64,000 nt of DNA from Tubulanus polymorphus (GCF_964204645.1 NC_134025.1:11346001-11410000); one strand, 5' to 3'. Shown: positions 43,820-57,742, numbered from the stretch's first letter. Translations and numbers: made by a program. Notes: generated from the letters alone by a model not told the origin.

Positions 43820-45049
43820 GTTCAGAAGATCTAAATGAATTGTCCGAGTGGTATACTCGAAAATAGAATTAATGGCTTTATAATATTCTTAAAATTTCAG
43901 AAGAATTAAAATCATAATACAAGTCAAATGATTTCATTTTTCTTTTTGTTTTGTCTTTCATAATTACAACAGTTTTTAAAGGTGTATTTACGAGAATAAG
44001 ATACGCGTTAGGAAAATGTTCATTTAAAATTTCAAATCCTTATCTAGAAATACAGGGACAGATGGTTCATAATTCAACAGAATGTATTATTCTAAAATCT
44101 ATGAAATATCCCAGTCATCTCCTTGTTACAGAATACGCTTATAATGAATATCTCAATACTAGATACGTAGATATTGATAAGAAATTTTCGAAAATCCCTC
44201 ACAGGAGTTTTGAATCGGGCAAGTATAATATACATAAAAGATCATTTATACCCCTAACGATAATCTAAGAAATTAAAATTTCTAAGTAGACGCGCCATAT
44301 GGTAAGTCTGCAACGTCGCATCTTGAAATTAATCATTTCCGTTGTTTATTCTTAACTCGAGCATTCGTACGATCTCATTACGGATCATTTCGATGCCGAA
44401 TTATCCGTAATATTGATATTGTTTCAATTAGAATAAAGGAAAGAGAAAATTGAAGTATAAAAACGATAAAATATATTTATTTATCAAATTTGATATATTC
44501 TTCTAATTATATTCATTATATATATGTAAGTTATACATTATATGTATATAATTAATATAATTAGAAGAATGCATCAAATTTAGATGATTGATGTTTTTTG
44601 AATCAATCAAAGCCATGGGCGGATTGTTTGAATTTTCCTGTTCATTTCATTCCGATGTATATTCTCATTTCTTTTTATACCCCTTTCCTATTCTACGATA
44701 TGTTACCTTAGACAAAAGCAAAATTTCCAGTGGTTCGAAATTCGATATTCAGGTATCAGCTGCACTGAGTGTCTTATTCTATACCATATAAATATGATGC
44801 TCATATATTAAAACATTTTCACACGAACTGACTTCAAAGCGTTAAAAAAGCGAAAAGCAGATGCTGAATTAACAGAACAGAAATACAATCCGTTTTCTCG
44901 ATTAAAATCGTGATTAACCACGCCCTGAAAATATATTTACGCCGTCTGATAGTGTATATACATTATCAACCATTTTTTAAGGATTGTTCATCTTCTGTTT
45001 ATGATCAGGCCAAAGAATAGATAGAGCTCTAGAATGCGTCTGGTATCAA

Positions 45050-45482
45050 TTCAGTTTAGATTTCGGTTTATTGTAACTGATTACATGCATATACGTTATA
45101 CGTTATTATAATTACAAAGTAAGTTACAGGTTCTGGGTTATGCATTAGGGTGGTTTTAAACAATATTTGATGTATTTACAATGTTTTATGAGCACTTCAT
45201 TTTGGGAGTTGAACAGAGTATATAAGGTATAGTAATTATTGGTATTTATGGAACGAGGTCGTTGGGGTTTATATGCCGCACATTCAAGTAGAAAATGTAA
45301 CTCATCTACCTCATCTCCCACCTTACCTAGTTCCCAGTCCTTACAGAGTCTCTCTGTCCTACAAATGTTCTTACCAATGTCAACGGGTAGGCGATGGTTG
45401 CTATATCTAAAGCGACACAGCATTATCCGTAGACTATTTGGTAAGTTGATAAAATAACCTCGAAGTTAAACTCTTTCTTAAT
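45050..45482 (-). mobile_element. 5'-truncated non-LTR retrotransposon, ORF2 C-terminus and 3' tail
   Basis: LCRFRYSNHRLPVDIG...RLCK...DELHFLLECAAY is the Cys/His C-terminal motif that follows RT in RTEX/L2-like LINEs; AATAAA plus short-repeat tail near 45070-45050. Confidence 0.8.
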
Positions 45483-46161
45483 TTCTTCAATTAACAGTGA
45501 TTATGCCTTTGCAGTTTAGGGAAGGAAAGTGTGCAATAATTGAGTTTTTTTGCAATACAGTAATCTACCCGCTGATATCTATTCAATTTACGATTGCAAA
45601 AAAATTTCGACATTTCACGCCACAGGAGAACAGGTCGATAAGATATCTCAAAATGCGGTAAACGATGATTATGACGATAACGTGTCCTTAGTATCGCGTT
45701 TTGAAAATACAGATTTGCTCCTCAGTATTTAACACTTACCAAAACAAACAAACAAGCAAAATGAAATAATTGCGAAGCGGGATTTTTTTGCAAAAAAATA
45801 TTCACAGAAGCCCTCTGCTGTCAGTTTCTTTTACGTCATTTTCGGTTAAGCTTGTTTAAATAACACGTACGGGCAATTAGATTCGTGCGAATTGTCGTAC
45901 TATTTACCTATAGACGGGTCGAAAACCCTTGACCGACACAGTTTGTTAAATGTGGCATTCAAAGTAGCGTTCGAGAATGATATTTCAGGTGTGTGGCATT
46001 TTTGCGAGGGAACAAGTCAGTTTTTATTTACTACGATGAAAGTAACTAATGACCCGTATTCTATTCCGAATCCCGTAAATTATTCACATTTTCGACAGAA
46101 TTTGATATTCAATTTTTTCATGTTTCAGGTTTGCATACCTAACGGTCAAGAGGTGACAATG

Positions 46162-46220
46162 AAATTACGCGCGCTTAGCGGGGTTCGAACCCAAGTCTGA
46201 CGTGCTAACCAGTAGACGAA
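46162..46220 (-). mobile_element. tRNA-derived SINE head, degenerate
   Basis: Minus strand reads CTACTGGTTAGCACG..GGGTTCGAACCCCGCTAAGCGCGCGTAATTT; no complete cloverleaf. Confidence 0.5.
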
Positions 46221-48257
46221 TGGATACAAACTGGTACACTAGGTCAGTGGTTATACAACATATCTGTCGTATTTTTGTTACGTGTGATTCGACAAAACGT
46301 AAAGAGAAAGTTTAAGTGAAAAACGTCGATCTGTAAATTGCTGGATTTAAATCAATGTCAAATGCATCGCTGATTTATATATAAAAGGCGAGAGATTTCG
46401 AAAACCCAGTGCGACAAAAAGATGACAAAACCACGTCATTAAAACACTAACAATAGTTTAGTCGGGATGGAAATGTAAAGGACTAAGAGATAATGGACGC
46501 ACTTTTCTTTTTCAATGATATCATTTCAGCAATCCTATTGAAGTATCATCCTTACTCAATACAAACATTTGTCTTTGACATCAGCAACACAAACTTGTTG
46601 CCCCGAGCGTGCACCGAAAAGTGGGAATTCATCGCGATGATGCGTTCATAAACTACTATTCAAATCGCAAATCTGTCGATACTTTAGCAACATTATAAAA
46701 TGCGCTTGTTCTTCAACAACCTATGACTGAGGGTTTCAGCGGCATTCCGCAAAAATGTTTTTTTTTTCATCGTTTCCACTCAGTCAACTTTCACGCACCT
46801 ACTCCATTAGAATAATAACCAAACTTCTATCGTCTTGTAACGATCGAGTTAAGCGATCCGAAATCTCTGAATTGCATTATTTGCGATAAAATAATCAAAT
46901 CATATATTCTGAACAAAATTTTGAAAAACTCACCATCTTACGTGAGTTGAGCTTTGGCGTGGTTTTTTCGGTGATTTGTCACTGGCAATATATTACCACG
47001 AGGAGTGTAGCGTCGCAATTGATTTTCAAAACGACGAATTCTATTTCGCGCATTCTCGATATCAAAACGCTTTCTTTTCATTCAATACAAAATTGATAGA
47101 GGTTCATTGAGAGAAAATGATTTGACTACGCTCAGACTATCATCGTGAAGCTGGCGAGTTTCTATTGCGACAATTTGCATAGTGTCACTTGAACTGATAT
47201 TCATTTTTGATCGAGTTGTTTTGGTCTTATTTTCTGTGTGTTTGTACACACACATCTTTCAGTGCGTTGGCAATCATCTAGCGGTTCAATCGCATATCCC
47301 GTGAACCTCGGATCACCCACAATGGCCGTTGTCAAAATGTTTACAGTAGAATTCGCGCTCGGTCCTTGTTAGGTGTGAAGTGTTGTAAACCACTTTAGGC
47401 AAATCATTCAAAAAGGGGTGGGCCGGTGCATTGTGACTATTTAGAATTATAATCACGACACGGGAGGTAAACGACGGCCGCGCCAATGAGTGCAATGTGT
47501 CTTGGGTCCCGGTCCTCATCAAATGCATGATTCATTATCACGCATTTTCGATCAATAATTTTGACAAAAAAATTTCAGTTCGTCAGTACACAAGTTAGCC
47601 TTGTCCATTTTATCGGTCGATCTTGTCACGACAAAAGGGTCAAGGTTAATTTGGTCAACGCGTAACAGACAAACAAACTGGAAATTGTTCGTCAAAACAC
47701 TTGCACATGACATGTGTCACATTATTGAGGCGTGAGTATAGATATTGAATTTCCATAATGCTGCAACTGCTGGCAAAATTGAAAACGAGCAGTTCGTATG
47801 CATAATTGGTGTTAATTGGTGTTATGTCGAATGTATTATTGAATTGCTGAAATCCAATTAGGTCTTCACACTCTCTCACGCCATACTGAAAAGTGTTCCT
47901 ACTTTTTTATCATCAATGTATACGCTGTGCACGCTCCACGCATAGCATTATTAGTTTATTAGAGTTGAATTTTATTTTCTCCAATCAAGGGGCCAAACTT
48001 CGATATGATTTTCTTTCCATGAAACAAACTTAGACTAAATAATAATAACAATTATAATAATCTATTTACCATTTTGAATTAAGATAATTGTACAGAAGTA
48101 ATACAAAAGCAAGAATTCGTGATAGAGGGACGCATGTAGAAACCTGTTAAGGTTCTTAAGATTTTCATTTCATTATTTCCTTACTTTGGATGATTAACTA
48201 CAATGTGTGATTTTAATCTAAGGCAAGAAAATTGATACCTTGTTTCTCCTTTCCCGG

Positions 48258-48788
48258 TTAGACCCGGCCGTTCGCCTATCTACCCTGTACATTACTTTTT
48301 TGGTGATCAAACTAACCATTTAAGACCCGGCAGCTGTATCGAAACGAACCGATTACACGTTATATATGCTAATTCGTTTCATCATTGTTTAAATGTCAAG
48401 CAGTTGATATATAGCACAACAGTTGGTTTAAGCAACCTTGGAACGTGTTTGATCACGTGGGCTTGTTGGTTTCTCTAGATTTGAACAACTGTTTAAAACC
48501 TTTTTGAGAGCGCTCTTTATTCAAATGATAATGAGTTGAACCGGTCCAAAACGTTTCGACAGATGAGTGGTATTGAATTGAAAAAAAATCTATCATATCT
48601 TTCTAACATATTATTTTTTCGTATGAGAATTCTCAATTTGTTTTTAGTTAATTATCACTTTTCTGCCGCCCCGATGGCCCTTGAAGATTAGACCCGGCCG
48701 TTCGCCTATCTACCCTGTACATTCCTTTTTTGGTGATCAGACTAAACATTTAAGACCCGGCAGCTGTATGGAAACGAACCGATTACAC
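48258..48788 (+). repeat. 101-bp direct repeat pair (48258-48358, 48688-48788) flanking a 317-bp copy of 52521-52837
   Basis: Manual alignment: 4/101 mismatches between the direct repeats; about 12/317 between 48369-48685 and 52521-52837. Confidence 0.95.
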
Positions 48789-49179
48789 ATTTTATGGCAG
48801 TCTACAAAAGTGACCCGATCGATTAGGAGAAACGAGGTATCATTTTTCTAGCCTGGGATTGATTATACACGATCTTTGCAAGTTATGGTATTTTCTTCGA
48901 TGGCTGTCATAAGCGACCGTACGCGCTCAATCCATTTGCGCGGGTTTGTGACCGATAACGATCACATCGTGAATAAATCGACGCTCATGAGGACAGCACG
49001 TTGAATTGTTCGCGAATCATTCAATTACACTTGTCCACTATTGGACACGTATTAAGAAGTGTTTTGCAAATATTATTTTTCTTAGATATTTCCCAAGGAC
49101 GAGAGTTTCTTGAATGCTGCAAGAGATTCTTGAATGCTGAATTAAGAATAACATATGCATTCACCCACCACTGATCTGT

Positions 49180-49376
49180 CCGTATTTCTAACGAAGACGA
49201 TCACTAATTTAGACTAGTATAAGCCTTATTGGTTTTTCTTCAATTCCTCGAATAAATTATTGTTACACTAACTATATGTTATATATGTAATAACTATTAT
49301 GATATTATGAAATAACTATCATGTCCTGTTGAAATCTCTGTACCAATTATTTATGGCTAATAAATCAAATCAAATC
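49180..49376 (+). mobile_element. Probable LINE 3' end remnant
   Basis: GACTAGTATAAGCCTTATTGGTTTT stem-loop-like motif and terminal AATAAATCAAATCAAATC microsatellite tail typical of CR1/L2-group 3' ends. Confidence 0.45.
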
Positions 49377-50637
49377 TAGTCAAAACGTCGAAAATAAGGA
49401 AACCTTTTCGGACTGTCGTTTACCTTTGTGAGTGAGTGATTTGCTCTATATGATATGATGTGATAACATGATGTGTACCATTACTTAAAACCGAACAGAA
49501 TCTCGAACTTGACAGTTCAACAAAATCGTCAATCAGCAATTCAATAGTCACATATTACTTCAACATACATAGTCAGTAAATGTATGCATGACATCTGATT
49601 TAAAGACCACTGACTCATGCGAATACATCAAAAATACAAACTAGGATTTCTCTGTGGCTTTACATTCATGGGAGATGTTTTTTATGTTGAATATGTACAT
49701 AACTCATTTTACCCGATCGATGGACCCGTGTTCATTGAATTGCAGTTTATACGTATAGGTTATTCGAGATTTAGCTTAGAACAAACGGCATCAAATCGAC
49801 GTTTGTATACGTACGAATTATATATATATAATACGTAGTAGAATTATTTTCGTCGCACGCAGTGATGCGCGTTCGATGGCACTAATTAACCCGGGAGGCT
49901 CCGATATCGACTACGATACGCCGAGGCGATTGTACCGTCCATCGATCCCCGTCTGATCCACTCTCATTATCGATGATTCGCGCGGGCGACACCTTACCGT
50001 ATCGTTTTCTATATCGTTCTTTTTCGTACGAGAGAAATCGTCGGCTTCGTTTCTTTATCGAAATCTCGCGACGAATATCGATGATAAATTTTCTATCGAT
50101 AAAAACAATAGGGTCTTTAAACTTTTCGATCGACTTCAGAAAATGGACACAAACAAGCACGAAGCAAAAACCCTGCAAAATACTATTTTGTTCATTTATT
50201 TATTATAGTGACATGCGCAATATACATACATATGCTGTGACTCATTTACCTTAAACTGCACCCAGCCCAAAGGTGGACTTACGAGTCACTCTATACACTA
50301 AACAGATATTAGTTGGTATAGGGTGGCCAACCACAGTTTTTTCCATAGAATGCAGAAATACAAAAATACAGAAAAAAACTAACAAAAATTACAATAGTTA
50401 TGTAAGTAAAAGTGAGTTCCTTCTTGAATATGATGAAAAACTAGATGATAATTTGACGTTTCGGCCCAATGAAATTGAAAATTGAAAATCGTCATATTCG
50501 GCCGAATCGTCAAATTCTCATCTATTTTTCATTATATCGTGGGGTTTCATTTCATCAGTATCAATCAGACAGTCTGTCGCTTGTCTATGGAAACCAACTA
50601 ACAAACACCGTTAATCGTAATTATATATGTGTAATTT

Positions 50638-51097
50638 TAAATTACCAGCCGAAATAGGAAGATATAACCGTACCCCCAGGGAAGAGCGAATATGTAATCT
50701 ATGTAATATGAGAGTCATTGGGGATGAGTACCATTTTGTTCTAGAATGCCCTTTCCTTCAGAATCTTCGCACCCGGTTCATTAAACCATACTTTAGAATA
50801 AGACCAAGTGCCTTGATACAACTATTAAATTCTAAGGGCAAACAGCTCTGTAACCTGTCTCGCTTTATACAGCAAGGGTCAAGGTTTCTTTAAGTTATAT
50901 TAAGTATGTACTATTCAATATCCGCCTTAAACTATTGTTAATTGATTGATAAGTATTCATGTATTTCTTCTCATTTAAACCGTGTTTGTATGAATTCTGT
51001 AAACTGTATGGTTACGTGTATCATGTATGAACCTGTTTTTTGTATTTTGTGCAAATATAAATTTTGTGGAGCAATAAACTAATTGTAATTGTAATTT
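50638..51097 (+). mobile_element. 5'-truncated non-LTR retrotransposon, ORF2 C-terminus and 3' tail
   Basis: KLPAEIGRY..REERICNLC...GDEYHFVLECP; AATAAA at 51073 followed by an (AATTGT)n tail. Confidence 0.85.
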
Positions 51098-52520
51098 AGT
51101 CGTATCAAATACCATCATATCTTCATCTCGTCAAATTGGCATTTTGATAAAGACATCTGAAAATGTGTCTATTTTCAAATATATTGTGTAGACTTAATTC
51201 TATATCACAGATAAATGGAACTGCTAAATGAAAGAAATTGCCCAAAGAGGTCATTCCATTCGACGACACGCATGGTCGAGGAATGAATTTATAATTGATC
51301 CCACTTTAAGGAAAATTGATTCATTCTTCTTCGATAACTTAAATGATCGTTCTTCTAAGGACCATAGCTTGAAAAAGGCGATATTTCACCATTCTTGGTT
51401 TTAATTCGTACACGGGCTATTAGTGTAAATTCTTTGTGATGTTGAAGTCAAATTTCACGGTATAACTAACAACGATTGCCCGATCAGGAAAAAAAACACT
51501 TAAACGGGCAATATGTTTTGCGTACTTGTTCGTTGAGCAGGAAAATGGGCAGATTAATATTCTAGTAGAATACGGAGTCACTTTTTGTTTGAACAGTATT
51601 CACAGGCTTGACAACTCGCGGCTAGCTTTTATACGTATCGCTTAACTCGAACTCTGAAAACTAATATGAAACCGGAATTTCACTGAAAAGAGCTAATGCA
51701 GCCGAAGAAAAAGGAACCCACGTTATGAAACTAGGCCCGAAAACGTATAGACCACGTTTCCGCCGTGGTGTGAGAGTTGTACGGTGCGGTAATTGAGGTT
51801 TCTTACCGCTCGTCGGCGATGGTTGTCCACTCGGGCGAAAGAACATGACTAGGAAATGAACGGTTATTACTCGACGAGGCGGGGAGCGAGGATATGGAAA
51901 CAATCCGCAGTGGATTTTCATCGCGATGTCAATCGCAACAAATAATAGTCGTATTCAGTGACTGAACAAAAACAGTTGACATTACACACCGCGTATTAGT
52001 AGATTAAGTCATGGAGATAAATACAAGTTTTATTAAAATCTTATTAAGTGGCTTCCAACCCTAATTGCGTGTTTTTCCATTAACCGTCGACCATTCTTTC
52101 GTTATTATTTGCCATCATAACATCCGGTCTGAGGCCCATAATTCACCATTATCAGGAGGTGACGAGACCGATTTCCGGTTGAGCGGCCGCTCGACAACGG
52201 AGCCCCTATTGGGCTCAACGCTCGAAGCGAGTGCGTTCCCAAATCAGACGGCCATTGATGCCGTGTAGGGGCTTCGCGACAGATCTTTATATTAGCTTTC
52301 CAAGCGTCTTTTCCGCCAGTGAAAAACTGCGGAAATTACGTTAAAAGCCAATTCTAGAGTTCTGTTTCAATAAACGTGTTGTTTTTTCTTCTTACAATAA
52401 CGAATACGTATATGATCAAATATAATATTCTATCAATCATATTCTAACATAAGCGCTCGAATTTTTGTCTCGAAAATTGATACAATATCCCCCCTCCCCC
52501 CGAACTAAATCATATTACCA

Positions 52521-52837
52521 CTAATTTGTTTCAATATTGTTTAAATGTCAAGTAGTTGATATATAGCACAACAGTTGGTTTAAGCAACCTGGGAACGTTT
52601 TTGATCATGTGGGCTTGTTGGTTTCTCTAGATTTGAACAACTGTTTAAGACCTTTTTGAGGGCGCTCTTTATTCAAATGATAATGAGTTGAACCGGTCCG
52701 AATCGTTTCGACAGATGAGTGGTATTGAATTGAAAAAAAATGTATCATATCTTTCTAACATATTATTTTTTCGTATGAGAATTCTCAATTTGTTTTTAGT
52801 TAATTATCACTTTTCTGCCGCCCCGATGGCCCTTGAA
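52521..52837 (+). repeat. 317-bp segment duplicated at 48369-48685
   Basis: Ungapped match of about 96% identity. Confidence 0.95.
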
Positions 52838-55489
52838 ATCTGTTGCGCTGTAAGTAATTGGTGCCAATTTCCCCCATCAATTTATCAATTTATAGCACTG
52901 ATACACTAGTGCTACGGTGGGAAACTAACGTCTCCCTATTAATATTTAATTATCGCTATCACAAGTCGCGTGCGGCTTCTACCGAAAACTTTACACAACA
53001 ACTCTGGTCCCATCTCCGGCCGAGCCTTAACTTCGTCACTATGGTACATATTTGCGTTAAACTTGTAATGGTTTTCGCTTCCTTTGTCACACTCTTGCTG
53101 CAGGAAAGGCAAGCACGGTGTTGTGCGAGTTCAATCATCAACCCTTCAAAACTTGTTGACCGTGCGCGCGCGACAGAGTCGCTACCGTGCCGGCCAGCGC
53201 TAGGAAGCACCTTTGTTAGTAATTCTCTTTCCGTCCTGTTTCGCGGAAGATTGCGGGCCAGCTAAAATCGGTGCAAACATGCTCAAAGTATTGGCAAATA
53301 CATCGTTACTTCCAGGCAGCCGTCACGCCCAGGAACGAGTTCATTACGAGAAGTATCTTCTGATTATCTAATAATAAATTGACGTTAAATATCATATTTC
53401 TTCAATTTCCTATCGGTGGTTACATTGTGTTGATTATGCAATCAGTGAAAATAAAAAAAGAAAAGGTATACATGTATAATATGAAATGTGAAATGTATAA
53501 TATTCCTACTAATGAATATAGGCCCTTAATTGCACTAATGTAGATCAATTTATTTGCGCTCACCCCAGCTTAGGGATGCTACGAGCACCTATAACTCAAA
53601 AGATCATATGCCACGAAGTGCATATTAGTCAATCGCTGTGATTAAGTTATCGACATTTCTGTCAGTGTGCTGAACCGCATTGTAACTGCTCCATGAATGG
53701 GCACCGATGTGTCCAAATAAGCCGTATGGAATTTCGATTCAACGCTGTGAATGACTCTTCTATTAAAGGTCATTGTAAATGACTGTAAAGGCGCTTAAGT
53801 TTTAATTGATCGATGTCTTGTATCTCTATTGGGAGAATGTCTTATACGGGATATCTTTTCGCTATTCATCGCCGCCAACAATACCAATCGCATCGGGTTT
53901 CTTGATGTTACAAAAACAAGTCAGCCCCCAGCGCCGGCTATACGGCGATTATCGCGCTCGTTATAAGTCTTTGATTTACTAACGAGCAAACGGGGTCTGC
54001 AAAGATGAACCGCATCCGATATCGAATATTTCGACTCCATCTGACGATGCCTCTTGAAGTGTATCTTTGCCGTGCGAACAAAAGGCCGCGTCGCCGCGAC
54101 ACAGGCGCGATCGATCGACCCGGTATCTACGCCCAGATCAAATGGTTTACTTTTTAGCCCGTCTGCCTTTAAGACGAAATCGAATACGAAGCGCTCGCTG
54201 ACTGAACGATTGGATAATGAGAGTTCGTCGGTGTAGTCGACACCGATCCAGTTGCAAGGGCCCCCGAGACGAGCGAGCAATTTTCAAAAGGAAGATAGAC
54301 TATAGACGAAAATCGATACACGATCTAAGACCCGGGTGATATCGATGCCTTCAATATTTTTCGGCACCGGTGTTTTGAATTTCAAGGCGCGACTTCAAAC
54401 GCGCGCGTGAAACAAACAGTGAAGTCTCAATTTCACGAGAAGTCAACTCGAGCGCGCGCGTCAAGCCGGCAAATTCAATAGAAAAACCGGCTAAGATGCG
54501 CCGTTTTCGTTCGTTGAAAAGACCCCCGAATAAAAGTGTCGCAAATTGCATAAAGCTATATCGTTCAGGTTTTCAAAACGAACGTATGTCTTTGAAGATA
54601 TTCTATCGGATAGAATGAATGCCCCGCTGGCGGCTTTCTCGATATATAAGCAGCGCCGGAAGAGAGAGAGGAAAAAAACAACAAACGAATGAAAACAAGC
54701 GAACAGGTCCGACGAAACCAATATGGGCTTGGTCGGATGATGTTGCAATCACACACACATACATATATATAATTATACGATAAGATAACGTAAAATGGAT
54801 ATTATGCACGCAAATCTGCGTTCTTGATCCCATTATTTATCAGATATTTTGATTATGGGCGTACGTATATTTGATATGTCGTGAAAAGCGCATATGTATT
54901 TCACGTATACACCTCTGCTGAAAGCGATCTATATAATGATACGTTTTACACTGCAATTATAGTTCCATGGTCACTCTTAAAAAAATTCAGTTACTACGGC
55001 CGCGGACACCGACAGACAAAAACCCCTGGTCATTCCTCGGGCGTTGTTGCACTTTTTCTTTTTCTGGCTCGTCAGCATCCAGTCGTGCCGTCCACAAAAG
55101 AGAGTCGATTGAACAATACTAAATTGATGCGTGAATAATAATGACGCTTTTACGAATCTTTTTCGTTATCGATTACGTTTTGTGCTTTCCGCATCTAATG
55201 CTACAACCTTCAAAGAATACCGAGTAGGCTCGGCTCATTCGGTGCTTTAATTGTTTCGTCGACTAATTTCACTGATATCAGATTTCATATTCCCAGAACA
55301 GCTGAGAAAAATTGCTCAAAATCTAATCCAATCATGAAAAAAATGGTGGATATACTTATAACGAAAAACTCGTAAAGACTATATGAATTTTGTTATAACG
55401 CATTGAATTTATTCTTAAATCAGTTCTTTTATGTAGATAAGAAGAGTTTAAAATGATAAGTGTATTTATTATCCTACGAGTTTCATGTT

Positions 55490-55722
55490 TTATGGAAGGA
55501 ACATAAATTGTGTTTATAATTGTATAAGGAAGAGAAAAATAAAGATGTTTAACGGAATAAATACATGTATTCTTATATTATGTTCTTGTTTTTTGTAGAT
55601 ATGATATAGGATATATATATGATATGTTTATATACTCTCCTACCATTTTCAAGGGTATGTGAAAGGAACAAAAATTATGTTTACAATATTGTATAAGAAG
55701 AAAAAAATTAAAGATGTTTTAG
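55490..55722 (+). repeat. Old tandem duplication, ~170-bp period
   Basis: AAGGAACA.AAATT.TGTTTA..ATTGTATAAG..AAAAAT.AAAGATGTTT recurs near 55496 and 55663. Confidence 0.6.
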
Positions 55723-56308
55723 TGTATAAATGTTGATCCGTCTTTCAACCATACAGCTATAGACCATGAAGAAACCTGCGATTACCAGTGTACGTAGGCC
55801 AAAATGCAACTGCCAGCGATTTTCCCGTAGAGCGTCAAGGACATGGGAATTCAATTCTTTTTAATAACAAGTATCCCATTTGGAGTAAAAATCTTTTTAA
55901 ACGAGAAAATTATGAACCTAAAAAAATTTCAAAAAAAAATTCTTGGAACTGAGTGGCACTTCGGGCACTTATTTCAAAATCAAACCCGCCTGTGTTGAGT
56001 AAGGACTACTAAAAGAGAGGAGTTATATCCCTGAACTAGAGCACGCTAAAAGAAACACGTGATCTACCAACGTACGTCCATTGGTCGAAAAATTTTATTT
56101 CCATCGCTTTGCGTCGCTACTTGCCGCATAACGAGCGATTTTATTGCGACGCGCGATTTTCCGTCGCACGATATCAAACATGTTTGATGCAGTAACTCTG
56201 TGATCTCGTAAAACTGAGATCAGTAGCAGTAGCATTAACCCACAGACGAGCGACGAGTCGCTGCAATTTTCAAGCGATTTCTCAATTGTGCTATAATCGC
56301 GCGCAAAG

Positions 56309-56418
56309 CCCCCCGTTTTGCTCCCGGCAGGTGTGGTGGGTTTCTAAGGGACAACAAATCAAAACAAATCAAACAAATCTACCAATTGAATAGATAACAG
56401 GGTCAATCCCTATTTCAA
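56309..56418 (+). repeat. Dispersed ~110-bp repeat (SINE-like), copy 1
   Basis: CGGCAGGTGTGGTGGGTTT.TAAGGGACA.CAAATCAAAACAAA...ATAACAGGG.CAATCCCTATTTCAA shared with 59986-60098. Confidence 0.75.
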
Positions 56419-57190
56419 TTTCAAAAGAAAAAAAAATCGCACGAAAAAAATGGCCCGTCTGGCATGTAATTCATCGTATTCAGACGCTCGATCTGTTGCT
56501 CCATTCATTGTCGTAAAGACCGTCTCGTATGTCTACCCCAAGTCTAACTAGATCAAGGATCGGGCGCTGGTAAACGAAATCAGATTTTCTTATATCTTCT
56601 TTATATCTATCTAATGAATATACAAATTTACAAAAAGGATTGTGTTGGGTCATATTTTTCGAGAAAGGTATTAAAAAGTGTACCTGATATTTTTCAAATT
56701 ACATGTATACATCTTTTATGATACTGCCGCTTGAATTCGATCGTTTCCAAGTCTGAAAAATAGGTGTCTTATTTGAACCTAGAAGATATACCAAGCTATA
56801 CCCAAAGATCCACGGGGATAATGAGATTTTCCAATGTAAACATGCATTTTTCATCGCCAATTTCTACGCAAATGTTCCGTACATTGTGGAAGTATCGAAC
56901 TAGGACCGTTTGCCACCCGCACAAAGTTTTTTCGCTACATATCGAAGATAAAGATAAGATCAAAATTCTAATAATAAATATGTTACTTTTATTATGCTCA
57001 ACGTTGCTAGATGTTAATTACAACACAACCGGCTTTCGATCGAATTTACGACATCAGTCACACTATTCATGCATTCGAGATTTTTCGAACAGTCGTCGAT
57101 ATTAACCAGTTTTTTAATCGATATCATGCACCGGAACTTGGATTCGAATCGTTGACATGTTGACATTTATTTTCAAAAGGGTCAAAGTCG

Positions 57191-57337
57191 TTACGGTACT
57201 TTGGCCACTAACGCGTAGAACAGCAGACACGTCATCGTAACGGACGACAACATGAAAATGCCGAACAAGATCCAACTCACTAGCCGACCGATATCTCTAC
57301 TGTGGACGTATTTTTTCAACTCTGGATTGACTGCGAA
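57191..57337 (-). CDS. nAChR-like subunit exon 9 (M4, stop)
   Basis: TTTTTTCCCAG acceptor; FAVNPELKKYVHSRDIGRLVSWILFGIFMLSSVTMTCLLFYALVAKVP*; AATAAA at 57171-57166. All nine exons sum to 1152 nt = 383 aa + stop. Confidence 0.82.
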   Translation of the reverse strand, partial: FAVNPELKKYVHSRDIGRLVSWILFGIFMLSSVTMTCLLFYALVAKVP

Positions 57338-57742
57338 CTGGGAAAAAATTGACAATGTCAGACATTCAAATTATTGCTCATTAGCTAAGATAGATTAAAA
57401 CTGAAATTATTGTTACCGAATTTAGAATAGTCATACATTGGCATATTGCTCAGCACATACAAACGTTTTTAAAACGTAGAAAATTCTGAGATTTTATCCG
57501 AACCTATCCTTAGGTACGCAGAAGTATAGAACTATAGTCGAAAAGTGACAGTCATCAATTGAAATTGAAAATCAATTTTAGATCGAGGTCTTTCATTTAA
57601 ACATTACATCAAAAAATATCAAAGTATTATATTACTTTTAAATTCTCCTTATACCATCGACGACCATCATTGTTTAATAATCGCTTTTATTTAAAATTGA
57701 TCTACACATTTTCTGACGTAAAATGATTGGATTGTTCGTTAC

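Noticed and set aside
46162-46227. Possible tRNA gene
   Set aside because: B-box is present but no cloverleaf or anticodon arm; treated as a SINE head.
48258-48788. CRISPR-like or LTR/TRIM interpretation of the direct repeats
   Set aside because: Eukaryotic context, only two 101-bp repeats, and no TG...CA termini, PBS or PPT.
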